DNA of 63,937 bases, the filler included, from Octopus bimaculoides (lineage: Eukaryota): the NCBI RefSeq assembly GCF_001194135.2. It is 4 parts of 4 records of this genome, joined end to end, with 100 filler letters (N's around TTAATTAATTAA, not from the genome) between each part and the next. Parts side by side here need not be neighbours in the genome. Positions count along the whole stretch, not along the records: positions 1 to 21,323 come from NC_068998.1; positions 21,424 to 50,953 come from NC_068984.1; 2 more parts are not named here. The stretch is one strand, 5' to 3'. The position numbers and the translations under genes are program-made. Position 1 is the stretch's first letter, and every line of letters begins with the position of its first letter. This document shows, one piece after another, positions 13,655-26,100 of the stretch. Below the pieces are notes generated by a model, which was not told where the DNA came from, searched no databases, and saw only the letters and a program-made list of their open reading frames with translations.

Positions 13655-14075
13655 TTTCTTTTTCTTGTTTCAGTCATTAGACTGTGGTCATGCTGGGACA
13701 CCACCTTAAAGGGTTTTAGTTGAAGAAATTGATCCCAGGACTTATTCTTTGTAAACCTAGTACTTATTCTATCGGTCTCTTTTGCCGAACCACTAAGTTA
13801 CAGGGACATAAACATACTAACATCGGTTGTTAAGTGATGGGGGGTGGGTACAAACAGATACAAACACACACATAGATACATATACACATACATATATACA
13901 TATATATACATATATACACAACTGTCTTCTTTCAGTTTCTGTCTACCAAATCCACTCATAAGGCATTGGTTGGCCCGAGGCTATAGTAGAAGATGCTTGC
14001 CCAAGGTGCCACACAGTGGAACCGAACCCGGAACCATGTGGTTGGGGAGTGAGCATCTTACCACACAGCGACGCC
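13655..14075 (-). mobile_element. SINE family B, full length
   Basis: Colinear with consensus from tail to head (..CCACACAGCGACGCC). Confidence 0.85.
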
Positions 14076-14838
14076 TACAATACACAAAATATTTTAACAA
14101 TTATTTTACACAATTGCTAATAATATTTAATTATACAGAGTGGCCCAAAAGTAGGTTCACGGTTATCACGTAAGCACTTTAAATTTCTTTTAAAACATTT
14201 TATTACATTTAAATTTCTATCTTACAGTCATATTGTTTAAGCATATCTTAAACTGACACATCTTAAACAGACACATCTTAAACAGACTTATTCACTGTTC
14301 ACTTCCTGTGCATATTCTATGTACTGTTCATGCAGTTTTGGTTACTTTTTCTGATTAGTTGTAGTGCACCTGGGTACTGTATACAATAAGTTCATTATCA
14401 TTATTGTAACATCCACTTTGTGGATCTCTTCTGCTATGTAATTAGAGCTAATAATGGTAATGCCTATCTCCAGTGTATCACAGATTGTCAATGAAGAAAT
14501 ATGAACTTCTAACATTTAATAGTCCAGAAAACTGATCGACTGCATCAGTGACTTATATACTCAGTCACTTTGTTATGTTGGAATTATTTAATATATCAGC
14601 AAGAGAAAATTTAAACCATAAATGAGATGGAATAAAATATAAAATGACTTGTGAGAGGTTAATTTAGATTAAATATAATTATGAATTAATAATTTATTTT
14701 AAAATGCATAAAAGTGCAACACAAATACAGCAGAGAGAAACTTAATATTGTTCACTTGGTGCAATTAGAATCAGGTGTAAGATATTGATTGCTTTTTTAA
14801 AGTAATTTTCAAAGAAGAAGCTTGTTTCAGAAACTTAG

Positions 14839-14878
<40 letters not shown>

Positions 14879-14888
14879 NNNNNNNNNN

Positions 14889-14931
<43 letters not shown>

Positions 14932-15089
14932 TGGGGGGAAGAGAGCAGATAACAACAACATTAACGACGAGGAGAATAGCAATTTCTCATGCATACATAA
15001 GGTTAGATTTGTAGGTACAAAAGACAACGGCTACTACTACTACTGCTGCTGCTGCTGCTACTACTACTACTACTAATAATAATAATAAT

Positions 15090-15312
15090 AATACTGACAA
15101 TACTAATAATAGTCCTTTTCACTAGCAGTACAAGGCCTGAAATCTCGGGGAGGGACTAGTCTATTACATTGACCCCAGTGCTTAACTGTTGCTTGTTTCA
15201 TTGACCCTGAAAGAATGAAAGGAAAAGTTGATTCTTGTGGAATTTGAACTCGAAACATAAAGAGGGGTTAAGTGCCACAAAACATTTTGTTTGGCATGCC
15301 AACAATTCTGCC
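15090..15312 (-). mobile_element. SINE family A, degenerate
   Basis: Reverse-oriented family A preceded by a (TAC)/(TAA) tail; head-to-head with 15343-15560. Confidence 0.7.
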
Positions 15313-15342
15313 ATCTTGTTTCCTTGACAATACTAATAATAA

Positions 15343-15560
15343 AAGGTGACGAGCTGGCAGAATCGTTAACACACCGGGCGAAATGCTTAGCAGTATTTCG
15401 TCTGCTGTTACGTTTTGAGTTCAAGTTCCTCCGAGGTCGACTTTGCCTTTCATCCTTTTGGGGGTCAATAAATTAAGTACCAGTTATGCACTGGGGTTGA
15501 TGTAATCGACTTAATCCCTTTGTCTGTCCTTGTTTGTCCCCTTTATGTTTAGCCCCCTGA
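15343..15560 (+). mobile_element. SINE family A
   Basis: GGTGACGAGCTGGCAGAATCG...CCCCTTTATGTTTAGCCCC. Confidence 0.85.
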
Positions 15561-15691
15561 GTGAAAAGGAACAATGTGAAATAAAGAGTCTTGCTCAAAG
15601 ACAGCATGCTGCTGGGAATTGAACTTGTGACCTTATAATCACGAACCAAATACCCTCACCACCAAGCCATGTGCCTTCACCCTCAGGACTA

Positions 15692-15920
15692 TTAACCCTT
15701 TAGCATTTAAACTGGTCCTATCTGGCCAAGATATTCTACTTGCTTTATGTTCAAACTGGCCAGATCTGGCATTTCATACCTACCCTAAAATGTCATCCTA
15801 GACATAAACAATCGCATCATTGAAATCTCAAGGCTACAAGATGATGCAAGATAAATTCAAAACAATGTGAATAAATAAGCATTACATTTGACAAAGTAAT
15901 CTCACCCCTAAAAAAGTTAA
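15692..15920. mobile_element. piggyBac-like MITE (TTAA flanks)
   Basis: TTAA-CCCTTTAG at the left end (15692), degenerate CCCTAAAAAAG-TTAA at the right end (15917-15920). Confidence 0.55.
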
Positions 15921-16152
15921 GAAGATCACAATAAAAATTTCTAACTGTCAGAGATCTTGTATAGGTTTTCTGATTCTCCTTACTGTATTTGAGGGCATAA
16001 AAGATGCATGGGAATCTTAGATATAACCCAATTTTAGCAGCAAATATTCTGAGTAAACAGGTTTTAGTACCTTAAAGCAAATAATATAGGATCAACTTTG
16101 CATTAGGACCGGGAGTGATTTTTGAGATTTAAAAAACAAAATCTTTTATGTA

Positions 16153-16543
16153 GGCGTAAGAGTGGCTGTGTGGTAAGTAGCTTGCTTACCGACCACATGG
16201 TTCCGGCTCAGTCCCACTGCACGGCACCTTGGGCAAGTGTCTTCTACTATAGCCTCGGGCTGACCAAAGCCTTGTGAGTGGATTTGGTAGACGGAAACTG
16301 AAAGAAGCCCATTGTATATATGTTTATATATATGTATGTGTGTCTGTGTTTGTCCCCCCAACATCGCTTGACAACCAATGCTGGTGTGTTCACGTCCCTG
16401 TAACTTAGCGGTTCAGCAAAAGAGACCGATAGAATAAGTACTAGGCTTACAAAGAATAAGTCTTGGAGTTGTTTTGCTCGACTAAAGGTGGTGCTCCAGC
16501 ATGGCCACAGTCAAATGACTGAAACAGGTAAAAGAGTAAAGAG
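16153..16543 (+). mobile_element. SINE family B, full length
   Basis: Head GGCGTAAGAGTGGCTGTGTGG to tail GTAAAAGAGTAAAGAG. Confidence 0.9.
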
Positions 16544-18559
16544 TATATCGTCGTCGTTGTCGTTGTCATCGTCATCATTATTTAATGTCCTCTTTCCATG
16601 CTGTCATGGGTTGGACAGTTTGACAAGAAGCTGGCTAGCAGGGAGCTCTCTGGACTCCAGCTGTCTTTGTGGTATGGTTTCTACCACTAGATGCCCTTCC
16701 TAATGCCAACCACTTAACAGAATGTACTGGGCGCTTTTTAGGTGTCACCAGCACAGAGCTTCAATACCAACTCCAGACCAGCTTCCTCTTATACTATAAG
16801 ACTAAAGAACAACAGCAATGAAAGGGCATGACAATTACATTAATATTGATTGTGACTACAGTGAGGACGACAGCAACAATGAATATATCCACTTGACAAT
16901 GTGTACATTAGTCTTAGCGAAAGTGAAAAAGTCTCTCTCTTTTGAACTAATTAACTGATATGATGTTTTGTAGGTTTTTGTACTTGTTTGCCATCTTGAC
17001 ATTTGCTTTTAGAATGACATCAATTTCTCCCATGGCTGCATTCGTTCAAAAAAGCACTTTTAGAGAAATCATTTCACAGTTGGTGAATTCTCCAAATACA
17101 AATCAGTCAACCATGAAATAGAACTGTTTTATGGTTAGTTTAATAGAATAATGTGATTTTCCAAGGAGGATTCACTCAAGATTGATATATTTAGCTGAAA
17201 TTCTAGTGCTATATCATCATCATCATTTAAAGGTCTATTTTTCCACACTTGAATCAGTTGGATGGAGTCTATTGAGGAAGATTTTCTTTAGGTCAGATGC
17301 TATTCCTGCTGCCAACCCTTGCCTGTTGGTGAGCATGGTAATTTTTTCCCATGGTTAGAGATGTTCTCACAGTATATTAGAAACGAATGATGCTGCTTGT
17401 ATGACGGTGACACTCATTTACAGCTATTACATGATATGAGGACAAGGACACACACACACACACACACAAACTTTCATTTACCAGATTCATTCACAAGGCT
17501 TTAGTTGACTTAGGGCCCTGAAGCTATAGTAGAAGACACTTGCTCAAGATGTCATGCAGTGGGACTGAACCCCAAACCATGTGGTTGGGAAGTAAATTTC
17601 TTAACCACATAGCCATGCCTGCACCTACTCACATTAATTCTACCAGCTCTCAGTATGGGGAGATAACTAGTGTTTGTACTGGAATTCTTTTTTCTAGAAC
17701 ATAAAAACACACATATCTAAAATACAAACATATTGACTGAAAACTACAAGACAGAAACAGCTAAAACATCTATTATTTCGATTTGGCAATCTATCAGTCT
17801 GCTACCGATATTACTTCACTGCAAGGTAGCAAGCTGGCAGGATTGTTAGCACATTGGACAAAATGCTTAGTGGCATTTCATTTGTCTTTTCATTTTGAGT
17901 TCAAAATCTGCCAAGGTCGATTTTGCCTTTCATTCTTTTGGGGTCGATAAATTAGGTATCCGCTGAGCACTGGAATTCATTTAATCCACTAAACCCCTAC
18001 CTCAAATTTGCTGGTCTTATGCAAAAATTTGAAATCAATATTAGTTCTCTGCTACTATGAGCTGACAGTGACTCACATCCCCTCATTTGTAAGATATTGC
18101 TATTATTCTCCACTTGAAATCTTTCGCTTTCAATTAACTTCAAGTCATCCTCTGGATATGTTTGGTTGACTTCCTATTACTCTTCATGAGAGCATTCTAG
18201 AATTTGCTCCACCTCTGTCAGTTGTAAAGAATCTATACCTTTCTCTTTCCTCCCTGGAAGTAACTGCTCTCTGCTAAACAAGCAGACATTTGTAAACATC
18301 TTAATTCTGTTCTGACAATCTGTTTTAAATATTTTCAACTGACTTGATTTATTTTTAGTCTGAGTGGGGTTTAACAAGGAGGTTTCTCAATTCCTGTTGT
18401 ATTGGAAATTCAGCTAAGTGTAAAAATTGAAATTGTCAGTCAACTTGGAACAGAGCTTGAGTACTGTTATATCCTTGTGGATAAACGAATACACTGTAAC
18501 AGTGTAATAACAATATGATCGAAACAAATGGCAGTAACAACATGGAATATAACAACAAT

Positions 18560-19220
18560 CTATTAAGAACCAACAATCCAGCATGCTAACTTGAACTTCC
18601 AATTTTTCTGGTAACAAGGCTTTCTTTCCAGCTTTCTTTACCATTTCTATAGGTATTGAAATGCACTTTATCATCTATCTCGACGTATTTCATTGGCTCT
18701 TTTGTATTTCCTTTACACCTTTTTTTTCCTCTGGATTTTATTTTTCTTGTGAACATAAATTCTGAGGGATTTATGGAGAAGTGCCATGAATCGAATAGTT
18801 CTGATCAATCTGTGCCAGACAGATTGATTGTATTTTCCACGATGAATAATTTTGCTTCATGTGTCTCTCCTCAAAATGTTGATACATGTTTTGCCCTCAG
18901 TTTACCAATTTTCTTCTAAGTATTCACACTTATAATCGAGATGTCACTACCTGTGTCTAACTGTAATTTGGTATTCACATCATTTATTTTTATGTGCATG
19001 AATTTTCTTGATTTTCCATTGCAATCACTCTCTGAAATACTTTAGAATTTTGTGTTTGAGCCATGTTAGTCTTATTCTACGATGAGAACTCCTATGTCCC
19101 AGCTCCTGACAACTATAGCACTTTCTGTTTTTAAACAGACAATCCTTTTTATAGTGTAGGCCTCCATAACCATAACATGGATTAGGGCCTGACACTTTTT
19201 TTTTGATTTTGCTTCCCATG
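18560..19220 (-). mobile_element. Ty3/Gypsy LTR retrotransposon remnant (gag knuckles, protease, integrase C-terminus), internally deleted
   Basis: Minus-strand translation: PCYGYGGLHYKKDC..KCYSCQELGHRSSH (two zinc-knuckle-like motifs), aspartic protease LDTGSDISII at 18960-18931, then YVEIDDKVHFNTYRNGKESWKE resembling the post-integrase region; multiple stops and frameshifts, no RT seen. Confidence 0.75.
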
Positions 19221-19268
19221 ATGACAATTTACCTGTCATGCTAATGATTCTGCCAGCTCACTACCTGC

Positions 19269-19307
<39 letters not shown>

Positions 19308-19334
19308 GTAGTAGTAGTAGTAATAGTAGTAGTA

Positions 19335-19565
19335 GTAGTAATAATATAAGTAGTAGTAATCCTTTCTACTGAAGGCACAATACCTGAAATCTTGTGGGAG
19401 GGGACTAGTTGGTTAAATCGACCCCCAGTATTTCACTGGTACTTTATATATCGACCCTGAAAGGATGAATGGTAAATTCGACCTCAGTGGAATTTGAACT
19501 CATAGCGTAAAGACAGATGAAATGCATGCAATTTATCCAGCATGCTAACAATTCTGCAATCTCAC
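19335..19565 (-). mobile_element. SINE family A
   Basis: Reverse family A embedded in (TAA)/(TAG) repeats. Confidence 0.75.
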
Positions 19566-19595
19566 TATCTAAATAGTAGTAGTAGTAGTAGCAGT

Positions 19596-20045
19596 ACCAG
19601 GCAGTGGCTCTCATGGCTTTTGATCTTAACCCATTGGAAGTATTATCATGTACAGTGTTTTGTCTTGGTATAAAAGATGAGCTACAGCAAATATTCTGCT
19701 CAATTCCACAGATTTGTTTGTCAGTTGTTTGACCGTAACCAGTTGAGCATGTCCCTTGGTGGCTGACGATATGTGCATCTCTAATCACAAGCAGAAGGGG
19801 AGCATCATAGCCATGTGTTGAGAGGAATTCTTTGGGGTTTGGAGAATTCACCTTTGGAAACATGGGTGTTTTGTTCAACATCCTTAAATAACCCTTATTC
19901 AGGGATTTTTTGAGTGGGATGGGCTACTCAACCTGAAGAAAATTTTAACTGGCCCCACCTGCAAGGTCATGCACTATTTNNNNNNNNNNTTGTATATTTT
20001 ACCCCAGTATCACTTTGATGGCATGCACTGCTCTCTCATTTAATG

Positions 20046-20072
<27 letters not shown>
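19596..20072 (+). mobile_element. (TAA)n-tailed SINE-like retroposon
   Basis: Ends CCCCAGTATCACTTTGATGGCATGCACTGCTCTCTCA..(TAA)n; the same 3' end occurs reversed at 52949-53135. Confidence 0.65.
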
Positions 20073-20075
<3 letters not shown>

Positions 20076-20076
<1 letters not shown>

Positions 20077-20308
20077 TATTCAGACAAATACATAACAAAA
20101 ACACTAGGACTTATAAATATATATAACATACAGAAAATTGCACTACTGGGCACTGCACACATCCTACGCAAAACACTATCAATACAGTAACCATAAGAGC
20201 ATCATAGCAAACCACAGCACATACCCAAGGCACACAGAGCTGCGCTCGGTAGTGAAGTGAAAACACGTTATAAAGATAAAACTACTGAATAATGATAATA
20301 ATAATAAT
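20076..20308 (+). mobile_element. Extreme 3' end of an R4/Dong-like LINE
   Basis: Encodes IQKIALLGTAHILRKTLSIQ* (20128-20190), homologous to the C-terminus LQKSVLLGTARILRKVLSL* of the 22806-24630 element; short 3' UTR ending in (TAA)n. Confidence 0.75.
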
Positions 20309-22745
20309 CGTTTCTTTAATAATGACAGCAAACACTTTGCATCTTCAACCACACAATCATGATTATGTTCATTTTTAAATTACTGCAGCAGAAAATTACT
20401 TAACCTAGAATGGCTCGTAATGGTATTATAAATGAAGTGGGTGGTGACGTCTTTTAGTGTTATCAACTTTTAAAAAAACACTTAGTAAAATTACACTTTT
20501 CATCGCAATTGTCCATTTAAAACATTTGTTAAAAGTTAATCATGCACAATTTCCCTTATTAACTTGAAATTCCAAACACGTGAACAATAATAAGAATCAG
20601 TTACAGAAGTATTCATTTTAAGAAAAAAAATTTTTTTCATAGCAATTAAGTCACACACACAAAAAAAATCTAACTAATTTATCAAAAGAAAAAAGAAAAA
20701 AAAATTGACGCAGAAATAAAAGAATATAAAAGAAACTGTTGAACGAAATTAATCAAAAATCCATCTTATGTTTAATTGCTTTACGCAGTAATCTTCAAAT
20801 GCTTATGATGTTAAAATAGGGATATAGTGATAATAAGTTCAAGCATTAATAGAATTAATTAATTTTACCTTACTGTACAATCTGCTCCCTAAATTTATGT
20901 TCTTTTTGTTGTTTTTTATTTTTTTGTTTTAACATCCAAATTTTTCAGCTAGCATGGGTCAGGTGAAATAATACTTATAGCAAAGCATTTTTTTTTTTCT
21001 GTGGCAGTTTGCTTTTCTTGGTGCTAATATTAACTTGTTTGCAAATAACTTGCTTGGAAACAAGTCAACAACTCAAAAGATGATCATATTTTCATGGAAG
21101 ATGTGAAACGATGACATGCTTATGTGGCAGTAAACAATGCCAAGACAGAGGAAACACACAAAAAGAAACAAACACATAATCACACCTGAATGTTTATACA
21201 CACACACACACACACACACACACATTATGTAGCTGAGTAGTATATCCCTGGCAATGGTATATAACAGATCAGAAAGTTTTCTGATTTATGGACAATTTAC
21301 TGACATACATACATACATACATANNNNNNNNNNNNNNNNNNNNNNNNNNNNNNNNNNNNNNNNNNNNTTAATTAATTAANNNNNNNNNNNNNNNNNNNNN
21401 NNNNNNNNNNNNNNNNNNNNNNNAAAAACTAACACTTCTTTTTCCGAGCTGAGATTCGAAACCGAATCTAAAGATTCTCGTTCGGTTGATCCACCACTGG
21501 CCAAACAGGCGCGAAAGAACTTTCTTTGCCCTGTCAAAAAGTAACGGATGGATTTCCCATGGACACACGACCTGAGCTATGTCATTTAAGGTTCAGGTGG
21601 ACAGGAGGCGACTTACACCGGTAGAAATTACCTCTGTGGTATGCCTGTCCTTCTAGCTGTCATGATCATCACATTTACTTTTACACCACTGAAGTCACAC
21701 TATTTTACGAACAACAATGCCTGACACATGACTGCCATTATTATCACTGCCTTTCCGCCGCCACCACCCCAAGGACTGATATTTATATGTGTCATGTTTT
21801 CTTCAAAAAGTATTATTCCCACTCCTACTTTGACACGCTTTATACTTATAATGACCTCTCTATTTATTTGAATAGATGTTTATGTTTTTAGATTGTGGTG
21901 GATTCACGTGGTGAAACCATCTAATAACAACTCCGTTTAGAAGACTAGAATAATACATATATGCCAGTGAGAAAGCGCAGAGACACAACCGGGTAGAATG
22001 TTTGAGAGATATTTTATTGATATTAACATTTGTCTGTGTGCGCGTCATGTATACAGAACAAATGACAGGCTGTCATGAGAACAAAGTGTATGTGTGTATA
22101 GACATGGATGTATGTGTGCGAGTTAAGTACACATAAGAACAACAATGAAGAGATCAGTGAAAGAGTCTATAATAAGAAGTTGGAATAGAATGCCCAGTAG
22201 AACTATTTTTGCTCAACATCCTTAAACAAACCTTATACAGCTGCTGCACCAGTATAAATAGAGTGCCCAGTAGAACTATTACAAAAGGTTTTCCCCCTTG
22301 GCACGGCCAGAATAATCAGGACAGTATTAGATAGCTGAAAAGAACGGATAGCATGATACCGTAGGTTGCAGGTAGCAAAGCCGCTACGCATGAAAGACTC
22401 CAGGAGTTCCAACAAAACCTGTGATAAAAAGAAATAATAATAATAATCCTTCCTGTTGTAGACACAAGGCCTGAAATTTTGGAGGAGGGGACTAGTCGAT
22501 TACATCGACTCCTGTGTTTCACTGGTACTTAATTTATCGACCCCGAAAGGATGAAAGGCAAAGTCGACCTCTGTGGAATTTGAACTCCGAATGTGAAAAC
22601 GGACAAAATACCGCTAAGCACTTCGTCCAGCGTGCTAACGATTCTGATAATAAGAATACTCCTCCTCCTCCTCCTCCTNNNNNNNNNNNNNNNNNNNNNN
22701 NNNNNNNNNNNNNNNNNNNNNNNNNNNNNNNNNNNNNNNNNNNNN

Positions 22746-22787
<42 letters not shown>

Positions 22788-22805
22788 ATAATAATAATAA
22801 TAATA

Positions 22806-24630
22806 ACGGCCTGAATAGACTTCAAAAAGGCTTAAGACATGTTGCCGCATTCGTGGATTTAGAAACACTCGACATGTGTGGAATAGCTGAGAACGTGTGT
22901 GCACTAATTAAGAGCAGCATGCCAAGTTAGGAAACACGTCTTTCCTGCAACAACCAGCACTTAGCCGAGATAACAATAAAAAACGCTATCTTTCAAGGAG
23001 ACTCTGTTATTTGTTATAGCCTTGATCCCACTTTCTGTAGTCTTACGCAAAGTCAACGCACACTATGAGCTGAGAAAGAAAGGACCTCATCTCAAGCACC
23101 TTCTCTTCATGGATGATTTAAAACTGTTCGCAAAAACAGAGCTGAAATAGAGAGGCTAGTTGAGACTGTACAAATGAGTAGCAAAAATACAGGACTGGAA
23201 TTCGGTATCTTGAAGTGTGCGGTGCTTACTTTGAAGCGGCGGGGAAAGAGTAAATTGTAGGGGTATAAAATTGCCAAACGGAGAAAGAATGGAAGACCTG
23301 GATGATGATGGGTACAAGTATCTTGGGATCCTGGCACTGGACAATATCTTGCACAAAGAAATGAAAGTCAAGGTCATCACTGCATATTTCAAGCGCCTTA
23401 AACTTCTCTTGAAATCAAAACTCAACTCAAGGAACCTTGTGACTGTCATCAACATATGGGCGGTTGCTGTAGTGCGCTATAGTCCACCCATCCTGAAATG
23501 GACACAAGCGGAGATTAACCAGATCGATCGTGCTACCCGAAAGACAATGACAATGTATGGTGCCCTCCACCCTAAGGCGAATGTACACGGGCTCTACATG
23601 AAGAGGGATAAAGGTGGACGTGGGCTGATTAGCGTACGGGAGTGCATCAACATGGCAGAATATTTGGAAAACAGCAAACAAGACCTGCTACAAGTATGCT
23701 GCTAATGCAGAAGGATTTAACAAAAATAGACTTGAGAGTGCTTAGGAATTCCGATCAAGAACAGCCAACGAGAGAGAAGAAACCCTGCCCTGCGTGGAAT
23801 TACATGGTCAGTTCCACCGTGACATCAACAAATTAAAAAACCAGGAAGCATCATGGAAGTAGCTTAACAAGGGTGACCTAAAAAAGAATACCAAAAGTCT
23901 AATCATCGCTGCCCAGGACCAAGCATTGAATACTAACTCAGTGAAAAAGAACACATACTACACAAGTGCAATGGACCTCTGCAGAATGTGTGGGAAGAGG
24001 GTCGAAAGCGTGACTCACATTGTTAGTGCTTATGAAAGTCTTGCGCAGAAAGAGTACAAGCGTAGACACGACAACGTAGCCCAAAACTTCCACTGGCTCT
24101 TATGCCATAAATATAGATATGAGGTTACGGGTGCTTGGTACCAATATACACCGGGAAAGGTAATGGATAAAAAATGGGAGGGACAAATCCTCTGTGACTT
24201 TGACTTCCAGACAGACGAGGTATTAGAGCACCGAAGGTCGGATACAGTGACCTTTAGGAGGGACAAACAAGAGTGCCTAATAATTGATGTGACAGTGCCA
24301 GATCAACATATCATTATGAAAGAAAGAGAAAAGGTTGATAAATATGGAGACCTGAGAATTGAGATCGCTAAGATGTGGCAGCTACGAGAGTCAAACATAA
24401 AGGTTATCCCTATTGCCATTGGAACATTAGGTTCAATACCACCCAATCAGAAAAAAAAAACATCTGAAAACTTTAGAATACCCTACAATCTTGGTGTATT
24501 GCAAAAGTCGGTGTTACTTGGAACTGCACGCATATTGCGTAAAGTGCTGTCTCTTTGAGGTCCTTGTTGCGACTTGACAAACAGTACAAACTCCCGGTAG
24601 ATACAATATCTTCAATCAAAAATAACATTC
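22806..24630 (+). mobile_element. 5'-truncated R4/Dong-like non-LTR retrotransposon (RT + CCHC + REL endonuclease), pseudogenised
   Basis: Starts right after (TAA)n with A*IDFKKA*DMLPHSW, then IFQGDS, HLLFMDDLKLFAK (FMDD 23106-23117), YKYLGI, GGRGL, CRMCGKRVESVTHIVS, IIDVTVP..EKVDKY and LLGTARILRKVLSL* (stop 24556-24558); several stops and frameshifts. Confidence 0.9.
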
Positions 24631-24911
24631 ACAACACCATACTGTAACAAGGGCGTTCTTAGAATGTTTTAATCTGAAATGTTTGTTTAAAAGTTGATCT
24701 TGTTACTTCAACGTCAACTCAAGGAAAGTCTGCCAACATAGATAGTTTTTATCTTGTACTTTTAGAGTTTTGGTCACCTTAAGGGTAATATCCAGTGGAT
24801 ATCAATGTAATTATTCCTTTTTGGTGCCACCCACACACACACACAGGCACACGCACACAGGCACACGCACACAGGCATATGCATACAGGCACAAGCACAC
24901 ANNNNNNNNNN

Positions 24912-24962
<51 letters not shown>

Positions 24963-25379
24963 TTGGGAGCACTCATTACATACAGAAATACGAATGCACG
25001 TACAGAAGCATACGCAATACAACACTAATACGCGCATACGAACAGAAAAATGGATGATTAACGATGCTGCCTCAGTTGTGTTAAGTGGTTTATGCGGAAG
25101 AAAGTAATTTAAGTGTTTTAAGTATGTACAATCGTACTTAAGCCCACTCTAACTGATCATGAAATTATCTGATAAGAGAAAGGACATTTGTTAGTTGTAC
25201 AATTTCAAACACAACTAAGAAAACTTCTACGTAAAATATAGAAAAAAATAAGAACTTCGCCCCCCAACATAAAAAAACAAACAAACATACAAACAAACAA
25301 AAAACTTGAAATTAAATATTGTGTAATAGCACGCTTCGTTGAGATCATTACAAGAAAAGTAATTCCGTAAAGACAAGCA

Positions 25380-26100
25380 GAAAGTTCTGCTTGATAAAAT
25401 TAATATGTTGATGGGCAAACTAAAATCATTAAAACTTGCGGTTAAACTTCGGGAAAAAACGCCTTTGCAGCCTATACAAAGAAATAAAACCCGTTGGACT
25501 AGTACTTGTGACATGATTGAGAGGTACATCCAACTCGAGGCATTTTCAGACTCTTTTCAAGGCGATCCAAAGCTGGTTGATCATCTGTTGACTCCACGTG
25601 ATCATAATAATCTGCAGATTCTAAAAGACAATTTAGGAAAGTTACGCTCAGTAACAGTCGCCTTGCAAAGAACAGAAATAGATTTGGGAGATGCCCGAAT
25701 TATTTTGACTAAATTCTCGCATTGTACCCTTACAGGGAGTTTTTTAAATATTTGCTTCCATCGGCAGTCATTGTGTACAGCCCAAATTTTGAAAGTGGAA
25801 TTGTAAAAATTTTACAACAAGCAGAAGCAGAGCTAACTGTGGATGAAGCGGCTGCTCTAGTGGTGACAGACACATCACTGCAGTCTGATTTACCTGTAGA
25901 AGATGATGATTTTGCTTCAATTTGTTTGAAAAAACAAAAAACATAAAATGTCACCTCGGCAATATCTGAACTGTAGATTTTTGTTACCAACGCTCAACAT
26001 CTTGGAACGTTTCTTCAGCAATGAATTTAGAAATGCAATTATTTCTAAAAGTCAATCGCGCTTTCCGGGTTGAAGACCTAGTTTCAGAAATCTACTATCG
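25380..26100 (+). mobile_element. hAT-superfamily transposase remnant
   Basis: KLREKTPLQPIQRNKTRWTST (hAT TRW motif), SVTVALQR, VYSPNFESGIVKI, and near 25985-26090 a degenerate PT.NI.ERFFS / NLEMQLFLKVNR dimerisation-domain-like segment; frameshifted. Confidence 0.7.

Noticed and set aside
14245-14287. Three 15-bp tandem units (ATCTTAAAC(T/A)GACAC)
   Set aside because: Ordinary slippage minisatellite.
21368-21379. TTAATTAATTAA island inside N runs (identical at 50998-51009 and 62154-62165)
   Set aside because: The identical 12-mer with stops in all six frames, flanked by equal N runs at three places, is an assembly/scaffolding linker, not biology.
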